A stretch of DNA of 34,623 nt from Christensenellaceae bacterium (lineage in GTDB: Bacteria; Bacillota; Clostridia; Christensenellales; Borkfalkiaceae), in the NCBI GenBank assembly GCA_045653965.1, contig JAZOMM010000065.1, forward strand, positions 1 to 34,623, written 5' to 3'. The position numbers and the translations under genes are program-made. The notes below the pieces were generated by a model. It was not told the DNA's origin and searched no databases. It worked only from the letters and a program-made list of their open reading frames with translations. Within the stretch, counting starts at the first letter, position 1; every line of letters begins with the position of its first letter. This document shows positions 25,879 to 34,376 of the stretch, in pieces.

Positions 25879-26886
25879 ATGGCTAATGCAAAATTGGCAA
25901 TTGACTTTGATAGTGTAATTACAAATATCTATATGGTTGGCAGTGGTTTGGTGTTAAGCGAACCTACTGTTGCTACGATAAGTCTTGAAAACAACAATGA
26001 AGTTAAACTCGTGGGCGAAGAAGCGAGAAAACTTATAGGTAAAACAGCAAATAATACTAAAATTGTTTTTCCTGTTTTTGAGGGTGAAATTGTAAATCAA
26101 CCTGTTGCGCAAAGTATTTTGACATCGTTTTTAGATAAACTTGGTGTTAAAGGTAGTATTTTTGGGTGTCATGCCATAATTTCTGTGCCTTGTGGGTGCT
26201 CTTATGAAGTTATGTCAAAATATAAAAGTGTAGCAAAAAATTGTGGAATTAATAAGGTTTATTTTGCTGAAGCGCCTTTGCTTTCAGCATTAGGACAAAG
26301 AATTCCACTTAATGATTCAACCCCATGTTTTATTATTGATATGGCAGGTGGAACAACTAATATTGCAGCAGTTTCGCTTGATGGTATAATTGCGGGTATT
26401 TCAGTTAACTTTGGATATAATAAAGTTAGCGTGGATATTATGGATTATATTGCCGAAAATTATGGACTTCAAATTGGACTTTTAACTGCAGAAAAAATCA
26501 AAAAAGAAATAGGAAGTTTGGCAAATAACGATGCTCTTGCAATGGTTGTGAATGGTAGAGACCTAAAAAATGGTGCGCCACGCTCAATTTCTATTAGAGC
26601 AATGGATTTGCAAACACCTATTAAGTTGTATTATGATAAAGTGCAAGAACTCGCCGTTGCCGTTCTTAAAAAGTTGCCACCAGAAGTGTGTGCAGAAATT
26701 AGAAATTCGGGCATATATGTTTCAGGTATTGCTAGTTCTATATATGGACTTGAAAAATACTATACTGATAAATTCCAAATGAAAATTAATGTTGCCGAAA
26801 ATGGAGCGATGGCTGTTGCGCTTGGTGGTGGAATTGCTATTGCTAATTCAAAACTTCTTAAAAAAGTTGCACTCTCTAATAAATAA
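25879..26886 (+). CDS. MreB-like actin homolog with degenerate nucleotide-binding motifs
   Basis: It is collinear with MreB throughout (VGEEARKLIGKT, IISVPCG, AEAPLLSALG, IIDMAGGTTNIAAVSL, TAEKIKKEIGS, AVALGGG). The phosphate-1 motif reads IDFDSVITN instead of IDLGTANT. The adenosine motif reads VSGIAS instead of LTGGGA. The start is set at ATG 25879 (AGGTG RBS). Confidence 0.75.
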   Translation: MANAKLAIDFDSVITNIYMVGSGLVLSEPTVATISLENNNEVKLVGEEARKLIGKTANNTKIVFPVFEGEIVNQPVAQSILTSFLDKLGVKGSIFGCHAIISVPCGCSYEVMSKYKSVAKNCGINKVYFAEAPLLSALGQRIPLNDSTPCFIIDMAGGTTNIAAVSLDGIIAGISVNFGYNKVSVDIMDYIAENYGLQIGLLTAEKIKKEIGSLANNDALAMVVNGRDLKNGAPRSISIRAMDLQTPIKLYYDKVQELAVAVLKKLPPEVCAEIRNSGIYVSGIASSIYGLEKYYTDKFQMKINVAENGAMAVALGGGIAIANSKLLKKVALSNK

Positions 26887-26937
26887 AATTTAATAGTAGT
26901 TTTTAACTAGTGTTTTTATAAAACAAACGACATAAAA

Positions 26938-26981
26938 CCACGCTTTTTTAGTTTAACAGACAAAAAGCGTGGACTTTTTTT
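26938..26981 (+). terminator. rho-independent terminator after the MreB-like gene
   Basis: ccacgcttttt (26938-26948) pairs with aaaaagcgtgg (26962-26972), followed by a T-run. Confidence 0.75.
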
Positions 26982-27006
26982 ATTTACAATTAGAAAAGAG
27001 GTTTTT

Positions 27007-27795
27007 ATGGCGAAAAAAATAGTAGTTACATCAGGTAAGGGTGGAGTAGGTAAAACGACAATAACGGCAAATTTGGGAATTGCACTTTCAAATATGGGTG
27101 CAAAAGTTTTATTAGTTGATATAGATTTTGGACTAAATAATTTAGATGTCGTTTTAGGTGTCGAAAATAAAGTATGTTATGATATTAAAGACGTTTTGTC
27201 AAATAGGTGTAGAATAAAACAAGCACTTGTTCAGTGTGGCGATAAAAGAAGTTTGTATGTTCTTGCATCAGGCAATTTGTATCCTTCTGTTAATATTAGT
27301 GGGCAAAATATTAAACTGCTTTTAGATAGCGTTGATATATTATTTGACTATATAATTTTAGATTGTCCTGCTGGAATTGATATAGGTTTTCATAGGGCAG
27401 TGTCTTGTGCAGATAGCGCTATCGTTGTTGTGACGCCAAACTTAACAAGCATTAGAGATGCGGATAAGGTTGTATCGGTTTTAAAAAGTTATGAACTAGA
27501 TAATATTGGACTTGTTGTAAATCGTGCTCGTGGAGACTTAATTGTTTGTTCAAAAATGATGTTGCCATACGATATTGAACAAATATTAAAGATAAAATTA
27601 ATTGGTGTTTTGCCCGAAGAAGATAATGTGTTTTTATCAAGTGGATATAAATTATCTTCACGAACTCAGTCTTATAAGGCGTATAAAATGCTTGCACAAA
27701 ATATACATAACGGGGCAAAAAAAATTTATGATGCAACTGCAAAATATATGGGCTTTTTTGGAAGCATTAGAGGGAGTATAAAAAGAAGGGTATGA
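27007..27795 (+). CDS. minD: septum site-determining ATPase MinD
   Basis: It has the deviant Walker A SGKGGVGKTT, DIDFGLNNLD, and a C-terminal amphipathic tail (FFGSIRGSIKRRV). Confidence 0.9.
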   Translation: MAKKIVVTSGKGGVGKTTITANLGIALSNMGAKVLLVDIDFGLNNLDVVLGVENKVCYDIKDVLSNRCRIKQALVQCGDKRSLYVLASGNLYPSVNISGQNIKLLLDSVDILFDYIILDCPAGIDIGFHRAVSCADSAIVVVTPNLTSIRDADKVVSVLKSYELDNIGLVVNRARGDLIVCSKMMLPYDIEQILKIKLIGVLPEEDNVFLSSGYKLSSRTQSYKAYKMLAQNIHNGAKKIYDATAKYMGFFGSIRGSIKRRV

Positions 27796-28028
27796 GAAAA
27801 GATAAAAACCAATTATTAAGACTTCAAACTTTAATAGAGAGTGATAGGATATCGACAGGGGATAATTTTGGAGAGATGCTAATTAATGATATTACAAAAC
27901 TTTTAAGAGATTATTTTGACTTTAGTATGTCGCCAAAGTTAACAATGGAAAAATCTAGAGATGGATATTTTATTAATTTTTCAATAAATGCCACTCGATT
28001 AAAGTCTTTTGCCAATATACAAAAATAA
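27792..28028 (+). CDS. minE: cell division topological specificity factor MinE
   Basis: 78 aa, with an ATGA overlap with minD. The LLRLQTLIESDR block resembles MinE ERLQ..L..DR. Confidence 0.7.
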   Translation: MRKDKNQLLRLQTLIESDRISTGDNFGEMLINDITKLLRDYFDFSMSPKLTMEKSRDGYFINFSINATRLKSFANIQK

Positions 28029-28142
28029 AATTAGTAAATTACTAGCGATTTTGCACATTATTATGTTAGACATAATATAATAAAATACTATATAAATGCA
28101 TAAAAACGTTAAAAATTGACAAACTCATAAGGGGTAGATAAA

Positions 28143-28232
28143 ATGTTGAATTTTTGTTTTGGTTTAATAGTAGGTGCAAATTTTGGTTTAATTTTATTTG
28201 GAATTATAAGTGCAGGAAAAACGATAAAATAA
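28143..28232 (+). CDS. 29-aa hydrophobic peptide (MLNFCFGLIVGANFGLILFGIISAGKTIK), candidate small membrane protein
   Basis: ATG 28143 has an AAGGGG RBS 8 nt upstream. It has one TM-length hydrophobic stretch with a Lys-rich end, followed by its own terminator. Caveat: a TTGACA-17-TAAAAT promoter overlaps the ATG, so the unit could instead be a small RNA. Confidence 0.4.
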   Translation: MLNFCFGLIVGANFGLILFGIISAGKTIK

Positions 28233-28267
28233 GCATAAAAGAAGAATAAAATTTATTTTAATTTTAA

Positions 28268-28299
28268 ATAGGCGAATTAAGGTTCGTCTATTTTTCTTT
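28268..28299 (+). terminator. rho-independent terminator after the small ORF
   Basis: ataggcgaa-ttaagg-ttcgtctat forms a 9-bp stem with one G-U pair, followed by ttttcttt. Confidence 0.65.
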
Positions 28300-28334
28300 G
28301 CTTTAATTTAAGGTGTAAATATTTAAGTTTATCG

Positions 28335-28363
28335 TTGACAATTGTTATATTTAAAGTTATAAT
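28335..28363 (+). promoter_or_regulatory. consensus sigma-A promoter for tyrS
   Basis: TTGACA (28335-28340), a 17-nt spacer, then TATAAT (28358-28363), about 52 nt upstream of the tyrS ATG. Confidence 0.7.
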
Positions 28364-28414
28364 ATAACAAATTTATTTTACAAAAAAATATGAAGAAAAT
28401 ATAGAGTAGGTTAA

Positions 28415-29638
28415 ATGTTGATTATGAAAAATGTATTTGATGTGCTAAAAGAAAGAGGATTTATTAAACAAACAGTTTATGAAGAAGACCTTTATAAACT
28501 TTTAGGTAGCGAAAGCGTGCCTTTCTATGTTGGTTTTGACCCAACGGCAGATAGTTTGCATATTGGACACTATATTCCAATAATGGCAATGGCATGGATG
28601 CAAAAATATGGTCATAAACCGGTTGCTCTTATCGGTGGTGGAACGGCTATGATTGGCGACCCATCTGGAAGAACCGACATGCGTTCTATGATGACAAAAG
28701 AAACTATAGAGCATAATTGTGCGTGTTTTAGAAAGCAAATGAGTCGTTTTATTAAGTTTGATGGAGAAAATCCAGCAATAATGGCAAATAATGCCGATTG
28801 GCTTTTAAATCTTAATTACGTTGACTTTTTGCGTGATATCGGCGTGCATTTTTCTGTTAATAGAATGCTTACGGCAGAGTGCTTTAAATCAAGGATGGAA
28901 AAAGGACTTTCTTTCCTTGAATTTAACTATATGTTAATGCAAGGCTATGATTTCTTAAAATTGTATCAAGATTATGGCGTTGTTTTAGAACTTGGTGGCG
29001 ATGACCAATGGAGCAATATGCTTGCTGGTGCTAACCTTATTAGAAAAAAGGAAGAAAAACCTGCTTATGCAATGACATTTACACTTTTGCTTACAAGCGA
29101 AGGCAAAAAAATGGGCAAAACTGCAAAGGGTGCTTTGTGGCTTGATGAAAATAAAACAACTCCTTATGAATTTTATCAATATTTTAGAAATGTTGAAGAT
29201 GTTAAGGTTGAAGAATGTATGCGTCTATTAACATTTATGGAAATGGATGAAATTAAAGAACTTACAAAATATAATGACGAGCGTATGAACTCAGCAAAAG
29301 AAAGGCTTGCATTTGAAGTTACAAAACTTGTGCATGGTGAAGAAAAGGCAAATGAAGCTCAAAAACAAGCAAGGGCTGCTTTTGGTGGTGGTAGTAGTGA
29401 AGATATGCCTAAGGCAGAAATTGATGGCTCTATTACACTTGTTGCCGACCTTTTGGTTGCTGTAGGACAAGCAAAATCTAAAGGTGAAGCAAAAAGACTT
29501 ATAGAAGGTGGTGGAGTTAGTATCGATGAGCAAAAGATTACAAATCCTTTTGGCGAAATTCCGGTGGATTCACTTTCTAATAAGGAATTTATATTGCACA
29601 AGGGCAAAAAAGTGCATATTAAGGTAAGTGTAAAATAG
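28415..29638 (+). CDS. tyrS: tyrosine--tRNA ligase
   Basis: It has the HIGH motif (SLHIGHYIP), the KMSKS variant KMGKT and a C-terminal S4-like domain. ATG 28424 is an alternative start. Confidence 0.95.
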   Translation: MLIMKNVFDVLKERGFIKQTVYEEDLYKLLGSESVPFYVGFDPTADSLHIGHYIPIMAMAWMQKYGHKPVALIGGGTAMIGDPSGRTDMRSMMTKETIEHNCACFRKQMSRFIKFDGENPAIMANNADWLLNLNYVDFLRDIGVHFSVNRMLTAECFKSRMEKGLSFLEFNYMLMQGYDFLKLYQDYGVVLELGGDDQWSNMLAGANLIRKKEEKPAYAMTFTLLLTSEGKKMGKTAKGALWLDENKTTPYEFYQYFRNVEDVKVEECMRLLTFMEMDEIKELTKYNDERMNSAKERLAFEVTKLVHGEEKANEAQKQARAAFGGGSSEDMPKAEIDGSITLVADLLVAVGQAKSKGEAKRLIEGGGVSIDEQKITNPFGEIPVDSLSNKEFILHKGKKVHIKVSVK

Positions 29639-29639
29639 A

Positions 29640-30269
29640 ATGAATTATGAATTTTTTACTGTAAATGGTGAAAAAGAAAATACCAACATTATAGAGCGTT
29701 CTAAATTTATATGCAATATAAAAGGTGTTGAAAACGAAGAAGAAGCAAAAGGTTTTATAGAAACTATAAGAAAACGTCACTCGCTTGCAACACATAATTG
29801 TTATGCATATATTGCAGACGATAAAGGCTTAGTTCAAAAATTTTCTGATGATGGTGAGCCACAAGGAACGGCAGGACTTCCTATGCTTGAAGTTCTTAAA
29901 AATAGGCGTATGTTTAAGACTGTTGCAGTTGTAACTAGATATTTTGGTGGAATTAAACTTGGCACGGGTGGACTAACAAGGGCTTATGGTGGTGCAGTTG
30001 TAGATTGCTTAGAAGTTGCCAAGATATCAAAAATGTGCCTATCTATTTTGGTCAATGTTTCGCCCGATTATGAAGGATATTCAAGGCTACTTAAATTATT
30101 AAACGACCAAAATATTACAGTTTTAAGCACTGATTTTAATAATGTTGTAGATGTGAAAATAGCAATTAAAAACGATTATTTCGAAACTTTTAATAAAAAA
30201 CTATTAGATGCATTTAATGGAAAAATAGATATTCAAAATTTAGGCTCAGGATATTATGATTTTGGGTAA
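29640..30269 (+). CDS. yigZ: YigZ / IMPACT family protein
   Basis: It has the HNCYAY and DDGEPQGTAGLPML signature of UPF0029. Confidence 0.85.
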   Translation: MNYEFFTVNGEKENTNIIERSKFICNIKGVENEEEAKGFIETIRKRHSLATHNCYAYIADDKGLVQKFSDDGEPQGTAGLPMLEVLKNRRMFKTVAVVTRYFGGIKLGTGGLTRAYGGAVVDCLEVAKISKMCLSILVNVSPDYEGYSRLLKLLNDQNITVLSTDFNNVVDVKIAIKNDYFETFNKKLLDAFNGKIDIQNLGSGYYDFG

Positions 30270-30283
30270 AATTTAGGTGGTTT

Positions 30284-30895
30284 ATGCCGATTATAACTGA
30301 AATTTCTGTTCAAAAAAACAATAATAAACGTTGCAACGTGTATGTTGATGGCGAGTTTTTTTGTGGTATGTCAATAGAAACGGCTGTAAAAAATCGCATA
30401 AAAGTAGGTCAAGAAGTCGAAATAGAAAAACTTGAGCAAATAGTGTTAGAAAGCGAACAACACGAAGCCTTAACCAAGGCGACCGATTATATTTCTAAAA
30501 ATCTCAAAACCAAAAGACAAGTAAAAGAATATTTGCTTAAAAAAGGATATTCTGAGCAGGTTGTTTGGCAATGCATTGACAAGTTAAAAGAATATAATTA
30601 CATTGATGATGCCGAGTATTCAAAACGTTATATTGAAAGCGTAAATAAAAGACAAGGCAGACGCCTTACTGAATATAAACTTATGATGAAAGGTGTTAAA
30701 AAAGAAGACATTGAAAGTGCCTATCTAGAAACCGAAGACACTGGAAATGAAAGTGCTAAACTTATTGCTAAAAAACATTTAGGTGATAAGCCTATAACAA
30801 AAGAAAATCTTGCAAAAACCTATCGTTATTTAATTGGTAAAGGTTTTACTTATGACCAAGCAATGTATGCTCTAAAAGATTATCAGGGGGATTAA
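30284..30895 (+). CDS. recX: recombination regulator RecX
   Basis: 203 aa with repeated three-helix units (KRQVKEYLLKKGY, YIDDAEYSKRYIES, YRYLIGKGFTYDQA). Confidence 0.75.
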   Translation: MPIITEISVQKNNNKRCNVYVDGEFFCGMSIETAVKNRIKVGQEVEIEKLEQIVLESEQHEALTKATDYISKNLKTKRQVKEYLLKKGYSEQVVWQCIDKLKEYNYIDDAEYSKRYIESVNKRQGRRLTEYKLMMKGVKKEDIESAYLETEDTGNESAKLIAKKHLGDKPITKENLAKTYRYLIGKGFTYDQAMYALKDYQGD

Positions 30896-32319
30896 TGGAA
30901 CGAATTTTAACAGTTTGTCAAATGCAAAAGGCAGATAGTTTCACAATTAATACTCTTGGCACTCAGCAAGAAGAACTAATTTTTAGGGCTGGTGAAGGTG
31001 TTGCAACCGTTATAAAGGAAAAGTTTTTCGGTGGCAGGGTTTTGGTTTGCGTTGGCAAAGGAAACAATGGAAAAGATGGACTTGTTATTGCCGATATTTT
31101 AAGTAAAACACACGGCTTTTCGGTTAAATTGTTTGATAGTGAAAATCCTGATTATAATCTATTTAATAAGCCATTTGATATAATTGTCGATTGTTTGTTT
31201 GGCGTTGGCTTAAATAGAAATATTGAAGGCAAATATAAGGAAATCATTAATAAAATCAATTCGATAGATTGCTATAAAATTGCTTGCGATATTCCAAGTG
31301 GAATAAATGGCGATAATGGGAAAATTATGGGCACAGCAGTTAAATGTGACATGACTGTTGCTATCGGTGAATATAAAGTTGGACATTTTTTGTGTGACGG
31401 CATAGATTATTCTGGAAAGGTTATCGTAAAAGACATTGGAATTAGTGTTTGGGAAGATAATTTTATTAAACGAATTAGTGATATAGATGCTAAAAAATGT
31501 TTTGAAATACCAAACAGAAATGTTCATAAGGGCAGTTTTGGAAAAACTTGTATTATCGGTGGAAGTGAGGATTTAACAGGTAGCGTTTTGCTTTCGGCAA
31601 ATAGTTTAACTGCATTAAAATCTGGCGTTGGTTATACATATTTGTGCGTGCCTAAGAGTTTGTTTAATGCTTATGTGGGCAAAAACCCAGAATGTATATT
31701 AATGGCTTTTGATGAGGATTTTTCGGCTACTATCGGTAAAGTCTTGTCGTGCGATTCTGTTGCCGTTGGTATGGGGATGAGTTGTTGTGAACTCACATAT
31801 AAAATCGTTAGTTATTTACTAGCGAATTATTCGGGAACACTCATAATTGATGCCGATGGATTAAATGCTTTAAGCAAATATGGAAAAGGCGTGCTTAAAG
31901 ACAAAAAATGCAGTGTTATATTAACGCCACACATTGGCGAGTTCGCAAGGCTTTTAAGTATAGATAAAGAAAGTTTGACCGATAACTTGATTAAATATGC
32001 TGTTAATTTTGCTAGAGAATATAATGTGATACTAGCAGTAAAAAGTGCCGTTAGTGTTATTACCGATGGAGAAGAAGTTTATCTAAACACAACAGGTTGT
32101 TCTGCTATGGCAAGGGCTGGTAGTGGAGATGTGTTATCTGGACTTATTGCAGGAACAATTGCAAGGAATGATAACCAAATGGAAAGCCTTTTATCAGCAA
32201 TGTATTTGTTTGGAAAGGCTGGTGAAAAAGCCCAAGAAAAAGGCTCGGTATTCACTGTTACTGCAAGCGAAATAATTGAGCAATTTCAAAGCGTTATTAA
32301 AGATTTGCAAAACGCATAA
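30895..32319 (+). CDS. nnr: bifunctional NAD(P)H-hydrate epimerase / ADP-dependent dehydratase
   Basis: It has an N-terminal YjeF_N domain (GKGNNGKDG) and a C-terminal carbohydrate-kinase-like domain (HKGSFGK, GSGDVLSG). Confidence 0.9.
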   Translation: MERILTVCQMQKADSFTINTLGTQQEELIFRAGEGVATVIKEKFFGGRVLVCVGKGNNGKDGLVIADILSKTHGFSVKLFDSENPDYNLFNKPFDIIVDCLFGVGLNRNIEGKYKEIINKINSIDCYKIACDIPSGINGDNGKIMGTAVKCDMTVAIGEYKVGHFLCDGIDYSGKVIVKDIGISVWEDNFIKRISDIDAKKCFEIPNRNVHKGSFGKTCIIGGSEDLTGSVLLSANSLTALKSGVGYTYLCVPKSLFNAYVGKNPECILMAFDEDFSATIGKVLSCDSVAVGMGMSCCELTYKIVSYLLANYSGTLIIDADGLNALSKYGKGVLKDKKCSVILTPHIGEFARLLSIDKESLTDNLIKYAVNFAREYNVILAVKSAVSVITDGEEVYLNTTGCSAMARAGSGDVLSGLIAGTIARNDNQMESLLSAMYLFGKAGEKAQEKGSVFTVTASEIIEQFQSVIKDLQNA

Positions 32320-32337
32320 GCAGTTTATTTGGCTTGT

Positions 32338-32646
32338 TTATAACATAAAAAAGCCAAACCCACTCTTTATTGCAGTAAATACAAAATAGGCATTAAGCGA
32401 TATGAAAAGTGGCATTAAAACCATCATAACCAAACTTTTAAGCCTATACTTTAAGATAAACATAAATACAAAAATTCCAAGTGCTCCACCTAGAAAGCCT
32501 GTAAAAATAAGTTTTGTGTCGCTTATTCCTATGTTTTCTTCATCGCCATCTTCTCTTGCTTTCTTTTGATATTTAAGCATTAAGATGCCGTATAAATTAA
32601 TTGCTATGACATAGGTTATAATCAAAATATAAAATAGTGTTGGCAT
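32338..32646 (-). CDS. small membrane protein, DUF1294-like
   Basis: 102 aa. The pattern NLYG...K...A......I....L......GGALG.......KYR.K resembles DUF1294. Confidence 0.55.
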   Translation of the reverse strand: MPTLFYILIITYVIAINLYGILMLKYQKKAREDGDEENIGISDTKLIFTGFLGGALGIFVFMFILKYRLKSLVMMVLMPLFISLNAYFVFTAIKSGFGFFML

Positions 32647-32738
32647 AATTATATTAGTAGTTTGAGCAGAAAAATAAACTTTATTATATATAGATAATGT
32701 TTTTCTGTTTTTTATAAAAAATAAAGAAGGTAAAAATT

Positions 32739-33200
32739 ATGAAATGTATGTATTGTGGATGTATAGACAGCAAGGTAATTGACTCTCGTTCTGCTGAAGA
32801 AGGCTCTATAATTCGTAGAAGGCGTGAGTGCGTTAATTGTGGCAAGCGTTTTACAACTTATGAAACGGTTGAAAGCACGCCAATTTTTGTTGTTAAATCA
32901 AATGGCGCAAGACAAGTTTTTGACCCAAATAAAATGAAAAACGGCATTATCAAGGCTTGCGAAAAAAGACCTGTTTCATCAGCAACTATCGATGCTTTAG
33001 TTGATGATATTCAAAAAAGAATTTATAATTCTTTGGCGCAAGAAGTTACAAGTAAAGAACTTGGCGAAATGGTTTGCGAAGGCTTAAAGACTATTGATGA
33101 AGTTGCTTATGTTAGATTTGCTTCTGTTTATCGTTCTTTTACTGATACAACTTCATTTATTAAAGAACTTGAAAAAATGGTTAAAAAGGATAAAAAATAA
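32739..33200 (+). CDS. nrdR: transcriptional repressor NrdR
   Basis: It has a Zn ribbon (MKCMYCG...CVNCGKRFTTYE) and an ATP-cone domain. Confidence 0.95.
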   Translation: MKCMYCGCIDSKVIDSRSAEEGSIIRRRRECVNCGKRFTTYETVESTPIFVVKSNGARQVFDPNKMKNGIIKACEKRPVSSATIDALVDDIQKRIYNSLAQEVTSKELGEMVCEGLKTIDEVAYVRFASVYRSFTDTTSFIKELEKMVKKDKK

Positions 33201-33223
33201 TAACTAAAGAGGTACATATAAAT

Positions 33224-33676
33224 ATGAATAAGTGGGATGAAAGATTTATGAATCTTGCTGAAACTGTGGCTGATTGGTCAAGTTGTTATCAAGATAATAG
33301 ACACGTTGGCGCTGTTGTCGTTAAGGACAAGCGCATTTTAACAACAGGTTATAATGGTGCACCAAGTGGCATTGAAAGTTGTGCTGAGCGTGGCGAATGC
33401 TTAAGAAGAGTTAGAAACATTGCAAGTGGAACTATGCAAGAAGTTTGCTATGCCGTTCACGCAGAACAAAATGCAATTATTCAAGCAGCAAAACTTGGAA
33501 TAAGCCTAGAAGGTGCAACACTTTATGTAACACACCAACCATGCGTTATTTGTACTCGTATGATACTAAATTCGGGCATTAAAACAGTTATATATAAAAA
33601 TGGCTATCCTGATGATTTTGCTTTGGAACTCTTTAAGCAATCTGATGTTAAACTTATAAAATATTCTGATTTATAA
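33224..33676 (+). CDS. comEB: dCMP deaminase (ComEB family)
   Basis: It has the cytidine/deoxycytidylate deaminase zinc motifs HAEQNAI and PCVICTRMI. Confidence 0.85.
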   Translation: MNKWDERFMNLAETVADWSSCYQDNRHVGAVVVKDKRILTTGYNGAPSGIESCAERGECLRRVRNIASGTMQEVCYAVHAEQNAIIQAAKLGISLEGATLYVTHQPCVICTRMILNSGIKTVIYKNGYPDDFALELFKQSDVKLIKYSDL

Positions 33677-33749
33677 TGCTTTAGATTGGCAATTTTAATG
33701 TAAGAAATAAAAAAATATTTAAATTTATAAAAAATCACCTTAAAATTGC

Positions 33750-33778
33750 TTGCATAATTTTAAAAAATAAGGTAGAAT
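33750..33778 (+). promoter_or_regulatory. candidate sigma-A promoter for tRNA-Ser
   Basis: TTGCAT (33750-33755), a 17-nt spacer, then TAGAAT (33773-33778), about 70 nt upstream of the tRNA. Confidence 0.55.
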
Positions 33779-33847
33779 ATGTCGTGCTGTGAGAAGATGC
33801 GACATATTCTATCGAATTTAATTGCAGTCAAAACTAAATAAACTGTT

Positions 33848-33936
33848 GGAGAGCTATCGAAGTGGTCATAACGAGGCGGTCTTGAAAACCGTTTGGGTGC
33901 AAGCCCACGGGGGTTCGAATCCCTCGCTCTCCGCCA
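33848..33936 (+). tRNA. tRNA-Ser (anticodon UGA), CCA encoded
   Basis: I folded the cloverleaf by hand. The acceptor is GGAGAGC/GCTCTCC and the D stem has 3 bp with a GG loop. The anticodon stem is GCGGT/ACCGT with loop CT-TGA-AA. There is a long variable arm (TGGG..CCCA), the T arm is GGGGG-TTCGAAT-CCCTC, and the discriminator G is followed by CCA. Total length is 89 nt. Confidence 0.93.
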
Positions 33937-34077
33937 ACGAAAGAAAGAGTCAACAAAGATGGCTCTTTTTTCGTTGCTGAAAACGAAAGGGGGATTCGAA
34001 TTAGGAGCGAGCAAACTTCAGTTTGCGTGTTCGCCGTTAGGCGAAAAAATAGTCCAGTGGACTATTTTGCGGGAGGC

Positions 34078-34222
34078 TCGAGAGAAGCGAATCCCTCGCT
34101 ATAAACATAATTTTTAATTTATTTCGGCTCTGCCATCGTAACAAAGCGAGGAGATGTGTCCCTCGCTCTCATTATAAAACGAATTTTAGGATCGAGAGAA
34201 GCGAATCTCTCTATCTCCGCCA
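34078..34222 (+). repeat. decayed partial copies of a tRNA 3' half (att-like scars)
   Basis: 34088-34100 (cgaatccctcgct) equals tRNA 33916-33928. 34159-34170 (tccctcgctctc) equals tRNA 33920-33931. 34214-34222 (tctccgcca) equals the tRNA 3' end 33928-33936. The 16-nt tcgagagaagcgaatc occurs twice (34078-34093, 34192-34207). Confidence 0.65.
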
Positions 34223-34227
34223 CTCTT

Positions 34228-34268
34228 AACCTAATTTGAACACCTTTCAAGTTAGGTTATTTTATTTG
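34228..34268 (+). terminator. strong hairpin terminator after the last tRNA-3'-end-like fragment
   Basis: aacctaatttgaa-cacc-tttcaagttaggtt forms a 13-bp stem with one mismatch, followed by attttatttg. Confidence 0.7.
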
Positions 34269-34376
34269 TGTAATGTAACTTTGTTGTGATTTTTTAATTT
34301 GTATAAAAAACCATTGATTTTTATAGTATAAAGAGTTATAATACTTTCGTACCTTTTGCTTAAAGGAGAAGTATTT

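Noticed and set aside
32647-32738. I looked for NrdR-box palindromes upstream of nrdR.
   Set aside because: There is no convincing acaCwAtATaTwgtgt-type box. The region is simple AT-rich promoter sequence.
33760-34117. ORFs 33760..34014 (-) and 33893..34117 (+).
   Set aside because: Both run through the tRNA-Ser gene and its hairpin-rich downstream region, so they are non-coding.
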